Notes: generated by a model from the sequence alone, not told the origin. A stretch of 64,000 bases of DNA from Bacteroidales bacterium (GCA_045628525.1 JAZQPJ010000082.1:7310-71309); one strand, 5' to 3'. Positions 15,907 to 25,453 are shown, counted from the stretch's first letter. Program-made: numbers and translations.

Positions 15907-16569
15907 ATGAAAAGTAAAGTATTTAACCTAATCATTTTGGATGAGAGTGGGAGCATGTCTTGTATTGAGCGTCAGGCATTAACAGGATTGAATGAGACTT
16001 TGCAGACAATCAGAAAGGCACAGGAGAAGTATCCGGAACAGGAGCAACTGGTCAGCATCGTTCCTTTTGAGACGGGCAATATCCGTCTGCTGCGTGACAA
16101 AGTGTCAATCTCGGAGGTCAAAGATCTGCGACCGGAGGAGTATATCCCGGGAGCCTGCACTCCGCTGTACGATGCCATCGGCTTCGGCATCGAGAGCATC
16201 CGCAAGCATGTGGGCGACGACGACAGCGTGCTGGTGACCATCATCACCGACGGCTATGAGAACGACAGCCGGGAATACAGCGGCAGGGCCATCGGCATGA
16301 TTATCGACGAACTGAAGCAGAAGGGCTGGATGTTCACCTACATCGGTGCCAATCAGGATGCCGTGCAGGTGGCGCTGACCATCAACATCACCAATGCCAT
16401 GAACTTCGAGCAGGACGATGAGGGCACCAAGCAGATGTTCGCCAAGGAGCGCAAGAGCCGTGAGCGCTTCTTCGACATGAATGCCGCATGCAGCGATTGT
16501 GCGCCAATGGCTGCTCGCGAAATGAAGCGCAAGATGGCGAACGACAACAAGTACTTCGACGAAGATTGA
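15907..16569 (+). CDS. von Willebrand factor A (vWA) domain protein
   Basis: MIDAS residues DESGSM ... T ... TDGYEN in the expected order. 220 aa, with no signal peptide seen. Confidence 0.75.
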   Translation: MKSKVFNLIILDESGSMSCIERQALTGLNETLQTIRKAQEKYPEQEQLVSIVPFETGNIRLLRDKVSISEVKDLRPEEYIPGACTPLYDAIGFGIESIRKHVGDDDSVLVTIITDGYENDSREYSGRAIGMIIDELKQKGWMFTYIGANQDAVQVALTINITNAMNFEQDDEGTKQMFAKERKSRERFFDMNAACSDCAPMAAREMKRKMANDNKYFDED

Positions 16570-16584
16570 CAATCACCCGATATG

Positions 16585-16616
16585 GCGTCCGACCTGGTTC
16601 AGGTCGGGCGCTGTTT
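16585..16616 (+). terminator. hairpin after the vWA gene, sharing the GTCCGACCTGGT core with the 8281-8534 palindromes
   Basis: ggcgtccgacct ggttc aggtcgggcgc forms an 11-bp stem (one G-U pair), followed by tgttt. Confidence 0.55.
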
Positions 16617-16747
16617 CATACTGACGAGCTGGCTGGAGAAAGATTTTCGAGGAAAGAAAGGGAGAATTAAATGGTTTTTCCCCAAGAAATTTGGAAGAAT
16701 AAGAAAAAAGGCTTAACTTTGCCCACAAAAACAAACACAGATAGATT

Positions 16748-17293
16748 ATGATTGACCAAATGCTGGAATATAACAGGCAGTTTGTTGCCTCGAAGGGATA
16801 TGAGAAGTACAAGACTTCGAAATATCCGGACAAGAAGATTGCGATAGTGACCTGCATGGACACGCGACTGGTGGAGCTGCTGCCGGCAGCGCTGGGCATC
16901 AAGAATGGCGATGTGAAGATCATCAAGAATGCGGGCGGTACGATCACCAACCCGTTTGACTCCACGGTGCGCTCGTTGCTCGTGGCCATCTACGAACTGG
17001 GGGTCAACGAGGTGATGATCATCGGACATACCACCTGTGGCGTGCAGGGCATGGACAGCCAGGAGATGCTGCACCTGATGCGTGAGCGTGGCATCGACGA
17101 CGAGCACATCAAGCTGATGCGCCACTGCGGCATCGACCTCGACTCATGGCTACATGGCTTTGACGACACCGAGGCAGCCATCCTTGAAACTGTCGATCTG
17201 GTGAAGAACCATCCGCTGGTGCCGAAAGACGTGGTGGTGCGCGGCTATATCATGGATTCGGAGACGGGAGAGTTACGTCCGCTTGCAAATTGA
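16748..17293 (+). CDS. beta-class carbonic anhydrase
   Basis: Zinc ligand motifs CMDTR and GHTTCG, 181 aa. Confidence 0.85.
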   Translation: MIDQMLEYNRQFVASKGYEKYKTSKYPDKKIAIVTCMDTRLVELLPAALGIKNGDVKIIKNAGGTITNPFDSTVRSLLVAIYELGVNEVMIIGHTTCGVQGMDSQEMLHLMRERGIDDEHIKLMRHCGIDLDSWLHGFDDTEAAILETVDLVKNHPLVPKDVVVRGYIMDSETGELRPLAN

Positions 17294-17463
17294 ACCGTTG
17301 CTTTGCTATGAGTTTCACAACCTTTCGAGGGCAAAACGGTCAGAAAGCAAGGGAAAAACAGGGCACATGGGCGATTTATGTGGAAAGAATTTGGAAAACT
17401 CCTAAATAATTGCTAAATTTGCGACCTTATTATATTATTATATGTAAGCATTTCGTGCCCACG

Positions 17464-19062
17464 ATGAAAAAGATTTTCTGTTTTAGCGCTATAGTAATGG
17501 CCTCGATGCTCAGCATCCTGACCTCATGTCAACAGGGGGAAGACAACCCTGTGATCACCATCATCCACACCAACGACACACACTCTCAGATCGAACCTGC
17601 CACGGCCAAAGACGGCACCAAATCGGGTGGCGTGGTGGAGCGTGCCTCGCTGCTCGACTATTTCCGTCAAAAGGACCCTGACCTGCTCTATCTGGATGCG
17701 GGCGACATGGTGCAGGGTTCGCCATTCTTCAACATATACGATGGCATCCTCGAGATGTACTGCATGAACCAGCAGGATCTGGTTTGCTCGACGTTCGGCA
17801 ACCATGAGTTCGACAATGGCGTCGCCGGCCTCGACTCGATGCTGCGTGTGGCCGACTTCCCAATCATCTCGTGCAACTATCACTGCGACAGTACATCGAT
17901 AGCCGACCTCATCAAGCCTCACCTCATTGTGAAGAGCCATGGCGTGAAGATCGGCATCACGGGCGTGACCTGCGACCCTGAGGGCCTGATCTTTGCCAAG
18001 AACTGGAAAGGAATACGCTATGAGGATCCGATCCCTGCCGTCAACCGCGAGACACAGCTGCTGCGTGACAAGGGTTGCGATCTGGTGATCCTGCTCAGCC
18101 ACGTGGGTTATTCGCCTGCCGACACCATTGGCGACCGCCTCACCGTGCTCAACACCACGGGTCTCGACATCGTGATCGGCGGCCACACCCACACCAACCT
18201 GGAGGAGGGTGTATGGGTGAACGACAAGGAGGGACATCCTGTGCTGATCACCCAGACGGGCTCGAAGCAGGCACCCATCGGTTTACTGCAGATTGCCATG
18301 AAGCGTGGCAGCAAATATCCCAAGTGCGAATATAGCGTGGACAGCATCGTGTGCTGCAAGCTGCATCCTGAGAATTACGACCTGACAGGATGCGGACAGA
18401 CCATGACAGAATTCATCAATCCATACATCGACGAACTCCAGACGCTGATGAGCGAGAAGATGGGCACCTCGACCGACTTCCTCACCCGAGGCCGACCACA
18501 GTGTCTGTTGGGCAACTTTACGGCCGATGCAATGCGCGAAATCGGAGGCAAATACTATGACAAGCCCATCGATGTCAGCATCATGAATGTGGGCGGATTG
18601 CGCAACGACATGCCTGCTGGCGATGTCAACCTGGGTGACCTATACAAGATCTATCCGTTCGAGAACACCTTCGAGATCCTTGAGCTCAAGGGTAGTGATC
18701 TCGATGCCCTGATCCATGCCCTGGCAGGCAAGAAGCTTGAATCCATGAGCGGAGTGAAAGTGACGCTGGAACTCGAGGGCAGCAAAGCCGTGGCTCGCAA
18801 CATCCTGGTGAATGGCCAGGCCATCGATCCTGAGCGCATCTACACCATTGCCACGATCGACTATCTGGCGGAGGGCAACGATGGCATGACTGCACTGACC
18901 CGTTGCACCAAGCGCACCAAGACCGGGTTCATCCTGCGCGACTGCATGATCAACTATGTAAAGGAACTCACTGCCAATGGCAAAGCAATCGAGGCTCACC
19001 TTGATGACCGCGTGATTGACAAAGCCAAGGGTGCAAAGGAAGACGAACCCAAGCGACTCTGA
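17464..19062 (+). CDS. bifunctional metallophosphoesterase / 5'-nucleotidase lipoprotein
   Basis: Lipobox LTSC. Calcineurin-like motifs HTNDTH, DAGD, GNHEFD and GGHTH. The C-terminal half is 5'-nucleotidase-like. The start is set at MKKIF (ATG 17464). Confidence 0.8.
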   Translation: MKKIFCFSAIVMASMLSILTSCQQGEDNPVITIIHTNDTHSQIEPATAKDGTKSGGVVERASLLDYFRQKDPDLLYLDAGDMVQGSPFFNIYDGILEMYCMNQQDLVCSTFGNHEFDNGVAGLDSMLRVADFPIISCNYHCDSTSIADLIKPHLIVKSHGVKIGITGVTCDPEGLIFAKNWKGIRYEDPIPAVNRETQLLRDKGCDLVILLSHVGYSPADTIGDRLTVLNTTGLDIVIGGHTHTNLEEGVWVNDKEGHPVLITQTGSKQAPIGLLQIAMKRGSKYPKCEYSVDSIVCCKLHPENYDLTGCGQTMTEFINPYIDELQTLMSEKMGTSTDFLTRGRPQCLLGNFTADAMREIGGKYYDKPIDVSIMNVGGLRNDMPAGDVNLGDLYKIYPFENTFEILELKGSDLDALIHALAGKKLESMSGVKVTLELEGSKAVARNILVNGQAIDPERIYTIATIDYLAEGNDGMTALTRCTKRTKTGFILRDCMINYVKELTANGKAIEAHLDDRVIDKAKGAKEDEPKRL

Positions 19063-19077
19063 ACCATACAAACAAAT

Positions 19078-21564
19078 ATGAAGCGACTCATTCTCACAGT
19101 TGTCACAACGATTATTGTTTTCGCCACAACCACAGCCCAGAACCTGCTTGGGTATGTGGCTGCTGACGATATGAATCATTGGGTGGACAGCGTAATGAAG
19201 CAGATGACCGATGACGAAAAACTCGGCCAGCTCATCATGCCACTCTACTACATGCCAGAGTTCAATGCCGTGAACAAGGCAACCATCGAAAAAGAGATGA
19301 AGCAGTATCATCTGGGCGGTATTCTTTTCAGCAAAGGCACACGTAAGAGCCAGACGATGTTTGTGGACTATGCACAGAAGCAAAGCAAGCAGATCAACCA
19401 CCTGCCGCTGCTCATTGCCGCCGACGCAGAATGGGGTTCGGCCATGCGTCTGAAGGATGGTGTACGCTTCCCAAAGAATGCAGAACTGGCGACCATCGAC
19501 CCCGCGGTGCGCGACAGTCTGATGTACCAATATGGTGTAGCCATGGCACAGGAGTGTCATGACCTGGGCATTCACATAAGCTTTGCCCCGGTGCTCGACA
19601 TCAATTCCAACCCAAAGAATCCTGTCATCGGCACACGTTCATTCGGTGCTGATCCATTGGTGGTTACAAGTTGCGGACTCTCGTATGCAGCAGGACTCGA
19701 GGATGGTGGCATCATGGCCGTAGCCAAGCACTTCCCAGGACATGGCGACACTGACCAGGATTCGCATAAGACGTTGCCATTGCTCAAGCACGATGCACAA
19801 CGAATGCGCACGTTCGAGATGAAGCCATTCGAATACTTCTCACGTGCAGGCTATGGTGGTGTCATGACGGCACATCTGGAAGTTCCTTCACTTGAGCCTA
19901 CCAAGGGCATGCCTGCCACCGCTTCGAGCAAGATCATCACAGGCGAGTTGCGCAACCGCATCGGGTTCCAGGGCCTCGTCTTCACCGACGGACTTGCCAT
20001 GGAGGGTGCTCGCAAATATCCCGATATCTGTGTCAAGGCGCTCAATGCGGGCGTTGACATCCTGTTGCAACCCACCCCGATAGCCGACTGCTGGGCATCG
20101 CTCAAGAAAGCTATCCAAAAGGGAACGCTAAAGAAAAAGACCATTGAGGAGAAATGCCTCCGTGTGCTGCAATGGAAATATGCACTCATCATCGCCCCAG
20201 AACGACAGAAGCTGCTCTATCCGATGGCATTGCCAGCCATGAGCCCACAGAAGACGGCCGAGGACCTCTTTGCCTGGGTGAAGCAAGGCAACAAACAAAA
20301 TGCTGCATTGATGGCAACCAACTTCGTGGATCCGACCGAGGCAAACGCTTCGCTTGCCTCATCCAATTCGCCACAACCGGCTATCGCAACACAGCCTGAA
20401 GTACCAACTCCTGAGGTGCATGCCCCCAAAGAGGTGGGCATGAATGCCACGGTGCTTGCACAAATCGACCAACTGGCACTGGATGCCGTGAAACAAGGGG
20501 CTACACCTGGTTGCCAGATTCTTGTCGCACGCAAGGGCAAGGTGGTCTATAACAAGTGTTTCGGCACCCTTGCACCCGCTGGAGTCAATGCCGACCTGGA
20601 GCCATACGCCACGATTAAAGTCAACCATCAGACTCGCTATGACCTGGCCTCTATCAGCAAGGCAGCAGCCACAGTACCCGCGGTAATGCTGGCCATGAAA
20701 GAGTATAAGCTGAACTTGAAGGACAAAGTCACTAAGTGGCTGCCTGAGCTCAAAGGCACGGCTTACCGCAACGTCACACTACAGGATTTGCTATATCATG
20801 AGTCGGGGCTTCGCGATGGCTATCTGTTTTACAAATATTACGAGCAGCCATCACTACAGTTGCGCGACGAAGAGATGATCAAGGTCATTGCCGGACTCAA
20901 GCCCAAGAAAAAACAAGGACAGTACCTCTATTCCTGCCTCAATTTCGTGTTGCTACGCTACATCGTGGAGCGACTTTCAGAACAGCGCATCGACCAATAT
21001 CTGCAGCAACGCTTAGGCACATTCTATGGCGATCAACTCTGCTTCAATCCATTGGAACATGACGTGCCGCTCAACCAGATAGCACCCACCGAGGTGGACG
21101 AGGCCATCCGTCACCAGCTGGTGCATGGCACCGTGCATGATGAGATTGGTGCATGGGCCATGGGCATCGAGGGCAATTCAGGACTCTTCGGCTCTGCCAC
21201 ATCACTTGCACGTCTGCTCATCATGCTCTCCAATGACGGAGCAGAGGGTGGCAAGCAGTACATCGACAAAGAAATCTGCCATCAGTTCATCACCCAGCGT
21301 TCCACCCGATCACGCCGAGGACTGGGCTTTGACCGCCAGACAGCACATGGTGACAAGAACCCCAACATGGCCGAAGTCTGCAGCCCGCAGACATGGGGTC
21401 ACACAGGTTTCACCGGCACCTGCTTCTGGGTCGATCCGAAGTATGACCTGGTCTATATCTTCCTGTCTAATCGCATCTGTCCGAGTCGCACGCCCAATCT
21501 GCTAGGCAAGGAAGGATATCGCACCCGCATACAGGAGATTGTATATCAATCTATCGAAAAATAA
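19078..21564 (+). CDS. fusion of a GH3 (NagZ-like beta-N-acetylhexosaminidase) domain and a serine hydrolase / beta-lactamase-family domain
   Basis: N-terminal half: DAEWG, KHFPGHGDTDQDSH. C-terminal half: SxxK motif ASISKAA plus beta-lactamase-fold features. A signal peptide is present. Confidence 0.8.
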   Translation: MKRLILTVVTTIIVFATTTAQNLLGYVAADDMNHWVDSVMKQMTDDEKLGQLIMPLYYMPEFNAVNKATIEKEMKQYHLGGILFSKGTRKSQTMFVDYAQKQSKQINHLPLLIAADAEWGSAMRLKDGVRFPKNAELATIDPAVRDSLMYQYGVAMAQECHDLGIHISFAPVLDINSNPKNPVIGTRSFGADPLVVTSCGLSYAAGLEDGGIMAVAKHFPGHGDTDQDSHKTLPLLKHDAQRMRTFEMKPFEYFSRAGYGGVMTAHLEVPSLEPTKGMPATASSKIITGELRNRIGFQGLVFTDGLAMEGARKYPDICVKALNAGVDILLQPTPIADCWASLKKAIQKGTLKKKTIEEKCLRVLQWKYALIIAPERQKLLYPMALPAMSPQKTAEDLFAWVKQGNKQNAALMATNFVDPTEANASLASSNSPQPAIATQPEVPTPEVHAPKEVGMNATVLAQIDQLALDAVKQGATPGCQILVARKGKVVYNKCFGTLAPAGVNADLEPYATIKVNHQTRYDLASISKAAATVPAVMLAMKEYKLNLKDKVTKWLPELKGTAYRNVTLQDLLYHESGLRDGYLFYKYYEQPSLQLRDEEMIKVIAGLKPKKKQGQYLYSCLNFVLLRYIVERLSEQRIDQYLQQRLGTFYGDQLCFNPLEHDVPLNQIAPTEVDEAIRHQLVHGTVHDEIGAWAMGIEGNSGLFGSATSLARLLIMLSNDGAEGGKQYIDKEICHQFITQRSTRSRRGLGFDRQTAHGDKNPNMAEVCSPQTWGHTGFTGTCFWVDPKYDLVYIFLSNRICPSRTPNLLGKEGYRTRIQEIVYQSIEK

Positions 21565-21615
21565 AGTATATTCTTCGCATTTTTTCACACTGCATTTACA
21601 CATTATTATAAAATA

Positions 21616-21650
21616 AGAGGCAAAAACACACGTTTTTGTCTCTTTTTTTT
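21616..21650 (+). terminator. rho-independent terminator
   Basis: agaggcaaaaac acac gtttttgtctct followed by T7. Confidence 0.7.
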
Positions 21651-21806
21651 GGAAAGTTCAGTTTTTTTACGTAAATTTGCGCCAAATTTGGGTTACTCGA
21701 AAGCCAGGTATTGACAGATTCTATCGTCATTTGACCCACATACCAAAGGTATGCAAACTTCAGGCTCATTTATTCTAAGGTATATTTAAGTTAAAATCAA
21801 AAATAT

Positions 21807-22073
21807 ATGGAAGGATTATCACCAATGGAAACCGCCCTGCTGCTGATGATTGTCGGCATGGGTACGGTGTTTGTAATTCTTGTCCTGATCATCAACCTCT
21901 CGAAGCTGATGATTATGGCAGTCAATAAATTTGCACCCGAGGAGGAGGTTGCTCCCAAGAAGGCAGCCGCAGCAGCTCCTGCAGCTATCCCTGCCAACAT
22001 CAAGGCCGCCATCGAGGCAGCTGTGAAGCAGGTGGCACCAGGCGCAGTTGTCACCAACATCAAGAAGGGCTAA
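21807..22073 (+). CDS. OadG-like small membrane subunit of a Na+-translocating decarboxylase
   Basis: A single TM helix (ALLLMIVGMGTVFVILVLII) is followed by an Ala/Pro-rich tail. It lies immediately upstream of the alpha and beta subunits. Confidence 0.55.
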   Translation: MEGLSPMETALLLMIVGMGTVFVILVLIINLSKLMIMAVNKFAPEEEVAPKKAAAAAPAAIPANIKAAIEAAVKQVAPGAVVTNIKKG

Positions 22074-22121
22074 TCAGAGCCAATAGTAAAATTGTAAATA
22101 GTTAAATAGTCAAATAAAATT

Positions 22122-23951
22122 ATGGCAAAAGAAGTAAAACTTTCTCTGGTCTTCCGCGACATGTGGCAGAGCGCTGGCAAGTACCAGCCTCGTGTTGACC
22201 AGCTCGTTAAGGTAGCACCCAAAATCATCGAGATGGGTTGCTTTGATCGTGTTGAAACCAATGGTGGCGGTTTCGAGCAGGTAAATCTGCTTTATGGTGA
22301 GAACCCAAACAAGTCTGTACGTGAGTGGACCAAGCCTTTCCATGAGGCTGGCATCCAGACCCACATGCTCGACCGTGCACTCAACGGCCTTCGCATGTTC
22401 CCTTGCTCTAAGGACCTGCGCAAGCTCTTCTATGTCGTTAAGAAGAAGCAGGGTACCGACATCACCCGTATCTTCTGCGGCTTGAACGATGCCCGCAACG
22501 TGATCCCATCAATCCAGTACGCTAAGGAGGCAGGCATGATCGCCCAGGCTTCGCTCTGCATCACCTTCTCTCCTATCCACACTGTAGAATATTATGTCAA
22601 CCTCGCCAAGAAGTTCATCGACGCTGGTGCCGATGAGATCTGCTTGAAGGATATGGCTGGTATCGGCCGTCCAAAGAGCCTCGGCGAGATTGTCAAGGGC
22701 ATCAAGGCCTATAAGGACATCGTCATCCAGTACCACTCACACGCTGGTCCTGGCTTCAACATGGCTTCGATCCTCGCTGTTGCTGAGGCTGGCTGCGACT
22801 ACATCGACTGCGGTATGTCACCACTCTCTTGGGGTACCGGCCACGCTGATGTGATCACCGTCATCGAGACCCTCAAGGACGCTGGCTTCAAGGTGAAGGA
22901 CGTGAACATGGCAGCTTATATGGAGGTTCGCACCATGATCCAGGAGATGATGGACGACTTCCTCGGCTACTACATCCCAGCTCTCAACCACCTCAACAAC
23001 TCACTCCTCGTCAAGCCAGGTCTGCCTGGTGGTATGATGGGCTCGTTGATGACCGACCTCGAGGAGAACCTCGAAGGCCTCAACCGCTGGAAGGAGAAGA
23101 ACGGTCAGCCAAAGCTCACCACCGACCAGATCCTCATCAAGCTCTTCGACGAGGTTGCTTACGTTTGGCCAAAGATGGGTTACCCATGTCTGGTAACTCC
23201 ATTCTCACAGTATGTCAAGAACCAGGCTCTCATGAACGTCCTGCAGATGGAGAAGGGCAAGGAGCGCTGGAGCATCATCGCTGACAACCACTGGGATATG
23301 CTGCTCGGCAAGTCAGGTCAGCTGCCTGGTCCTGTAGCTCCTGAGCTCGTCAAGATGGCCGAGGAGAAGGGTCTCAAGTTCGAGACCGAGGATCCTCAGA
23401 CCTACGCTCCTGACTGCCTCGATGAGTTCCGTGCCAAGATGAAGGCCAATGGCTGGGATCTTGGTCAGGACGACGAGGAGCTCTTCGAGTACGCTATGCA
23501 CCCATCTCAGTATGAGGCATACAAGAGCGGTAAGGCCAAGGCTGACTTCGAGGCTGACCTCGCAGAGCGCAAGGCCAAGAAGAACGCTCCTAAGGGCGAG
23601 ATCAAGGCTCAGGACCTCAAGGTCGTAGTCAATGGCGAGACCTACACCGTCTCTATCGCTCCTAACGATGGCTCGGCTCCTGCTGCTGCCGCTGCTGCTG
23701 CTCCAGTAGCTGCTGGCGAGGGTGCTGACGTTATCGCTCCTCTCGAGGGCAAGTTCTTCCTTGTGAAGTCTGCTTCTGAGACTGCAGTCAAGGTTGGCGA
23801 CATGGTCAAGAAGGGCCAGACCATCGGCTACATCGAGGCAATGAAGACCTACAATGCCGTAACCGCTGACTGCGACGGCCAGATCACTGCTATCCTTGCT
23901 AACCCTGGTGACAAGGTATTCGAGGATGATCCAATCTTCAAAATTAAGTAA
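22122..23951 (+). CDS. oxaloacetate decarboxylase alpha subunit-type carboxyltransferase with a C-terminal biotinyl domain
   Basis: A TIM-barrel carboxyltransferase N-terminal half, an Ala/Pro linker, and a biotin attachment motif IEAMKT in the last 70 aa. Confidence 0.85.
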   Translation: MAKEVKLSLVFRDMWQSAGKYQPRVDQLVKVAPKIIEMGCFDRVETNGGGFEQVNLLYGENPNKSVREWTKPFHEAGIQTHMLDRALNGLRMFPCSKDLRKLFYVVKKKQGTDITRIFCGLNDARNVIPSIQYAKEAGMIAQASLCITFSPIHTVEYYVNLAKKFIDAGADEICLKDMAGIGRPKSLGEIVKGIKAYKDIVIQYHSHAGPGFNMASILAVAEAGCDYIDCGMSPLSWGTGHADVITVIETLKDAGFKVKDVNMAAYMEVRTMIQEMMDDFLGYYIPALNHLNNSLLVKPGLPGGMMGSLMTDLEENLEGLNRWKEKNGQPKLTTDQILIKLFDEVAYVWPKMGYPCLVTPFSQYVKNQALMNVLQMEKGKERWSIIADNHWDMLLGKSGQLPGPVAPELVKMAEEKGLKFETEDPQTYAPDCLDEFRAKMKANGWDLGQDDEELFEYAMHPSQYEAYKSGKAKADFEADLAERKAKKNAPKGEIKAQDLKVVVNGETYTVSIAPNDGSAPAAAAAAAPVAAGEGADVIAPLEGKFFLVKSASETAVKVGDMVKKGQTIGYIEAMKTYNAVTADCDGQITAILANPGDKVFEDDPIFKIK

Positions 23952-24040
23952 GGTCATAAGGTTATAAGGTTTTAAGGTCACAAGAATGCGTAGAAAAGTA
24001 TTTTCACCTTAAAACCTCCAACCATAAAACCTAAAAACCT
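23949..24040 (+). repeat. imperfect hairpin with 8-nt periodic arms between the alpha and beta subunit genes
   Basis: Left arm aaggtcat aaggttat aaggtttt aaggtcac. Right arm accttaaa acctccaa ccataaa acctaaaa acctc. The core stem ggttttaaggt / accttaaaacc is perfect and the outer parts are mismatched. Confidence 0.5.
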
Positions 24041-24046
24041 CACAAA

Positions 24047-25351
24047 ATGGATATAACAACAATTTTCTCAAAATTATATGAGATGACCGCGTTCAGCAAC
24101 ATTGCAGCTGAGCCGACCTTCCTCATCATGTATGCGCTTGGCCTTCTGTTCCTCTATCTGGGCATTGCCAAGCACTACGAGCCATTGCTGCTCATTCCTA
24201 TCGCAATGGGCATCCTGTTGGCCAACTTCCCTGGCGGCGAGATGGGCGTATTTGGTGCTGCTGACTGGACCGATCCTGTAACAGGTACCATCTACCACAA
24301 CGCCATCACCCTGGCTGACGGCACCATTTGGCGCAACCCAGCCACTGGCCTGCCATACGACATCTACGAGTGTGGTCTGCCCCAGATCGCCCATGAGCTC
24401 GGCCTCATGAACATGATCTACTACTGGCTTATCAAGACCGGTTTCATCCCACCAGTAATCTTCATGGGTGTAGGTGCCATGACCGACTTCGGCCCAATGC
24501 TCCGCAACCTCAAGCTCGCCATTTTCGGTGCTGCTGCCCAGGTGGGTATCTTCGGTGTGATCCTCTGTGCTGTTGGTTCAGGCGCATTTACTCCTCAGGA
24601 GGCTGGTGCCCTCGGCATCATCGGTGGCGCTGACGGTCCTACCGCCATCTACACCACCATCAAGCTGGCTCCTCACCTCCTTGGCCCAATCGCTATCGCA
24701 GCCTACTCATACATGGCCCTCGTGCCAGTGATCATCCCATTGGTTGTGAAGCTCTGCACCACCAAGGCTGAGCGTGAGATCAACATGAAGGAGCAGGATA
24801 AGCTCTATCCAAACTCACTTCAGATCAAGAACATGCGCGTGGCCAAGATCGTGTTCCCTATCTTCGTGACCATCCTCGTTGCCATCATCGTACCATCGGC
24901 AGTTTCGCTGATCGGCATGCTGATGTTCGGTAACCTCATCAAGGAGATCGGTTCAGACACCTCACGCATTGCCGAGACTGCTTCGAACGCTCTGATGAAC
25001 ATTGCCACCATCTTCCTGGGCCTCTCAGTAGGTGCCACCATGACCGTGCAGTCGTTCCTCAACTGGCAGACCATCGGCATCGTTGCTGGCGGCTTCATCG
25101 CCTTCGCAGTTTCTATTGCCGGCGGTATCTTCCTTGTCAAGGGTTTCAACCTCTTCTCGAAGAAAAAGATCAACCCACTCGTTGGTGCCTGCGGCCTCTC
25201 GGCTGTTCCAATGGCTTCGCGTGTGGCCAATGACATCGCCACCAAAATCAATCCAAAGAACAACATCCTGAACTACTGTATGTCTGCCAACATCTCGGGT
25301 GTTATTGGTTCGGCTGTAGCTGCCGGTGTGCTTATCACCTTCCTGCGATAA
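24047..25351 (+). CDS. Na+-translocating decarboxylase beta subunit
   Basis: A polytopic membrane protein of 434 aa with the characteristic GAADGPT-like segment (IIGGADGPTAIY). It sits in an operon with the alpha and gamma subunits. Confidence 0.9.
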   Translation: MDITTIFSKLYEMTAFSNIAAEPTFLIMYALGLLFLYLGIAKHYEPLLLIPIAMGILLANFPGGEMGVFGAADWTDPVTGTIYHNAITLADGTIWRNPATGLPYDIYECGLPQIAHELGLMNMIYYWLIKTGFIPPVIFMGVGAMTDFGPMLRNLKLAIFGAAAQVGIFGVILCAVGSGAFTPQEAGALGIIGGADGPTAIYTTIKLAPHLLGPIAIAAYSYMALVPVIIPLVVKLCTTKAEREINMKEQDKLYPNSLQIKNMRVAKIVFPIFVTILVAIIVPSAVSLIGMLMFGNLIKEIGSDTSRIAETASNALMNIATIFLGLSVGATMTVQSFLNWQTIGIVAGGFIAFAVSIAGGIFLVKGFNLFSKKKINPLVGACGLSAVPMASRVANDIATKINPKNNILNYCMSANISGVIGSAVAAGVLITFLR

Positions 25352-25376
25352 GCGCAACTGACAAGATAAATATCAG

Positions 25377-25410
25377 AAAACCACGGCTCGCAAATGAGTC
25401 GTGGTTTTTT
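25377..25410. terminator. bidirectional hairpin terminator between convergent genes
   Basis: aaaa ccacggctc gcaaat gagtcgtgg tttttt. Confidence 0.7.
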
Positions 25411-25453
25411 GTTTGTCAAAAGCAGGCGAACACGGATTCAGGAGCGGCGGAAC

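Noticed and set aside
8281-16616. An integrase, transposase, relaxase or tRNA attachment site that would define the island as an integrative element.
   Set aside because: None of the ORFs in or next to the island shows recombinase or transposase motifs, and no tRNA gene is present. The island is therefore described as a recombination hotspot, not as a mobile element.
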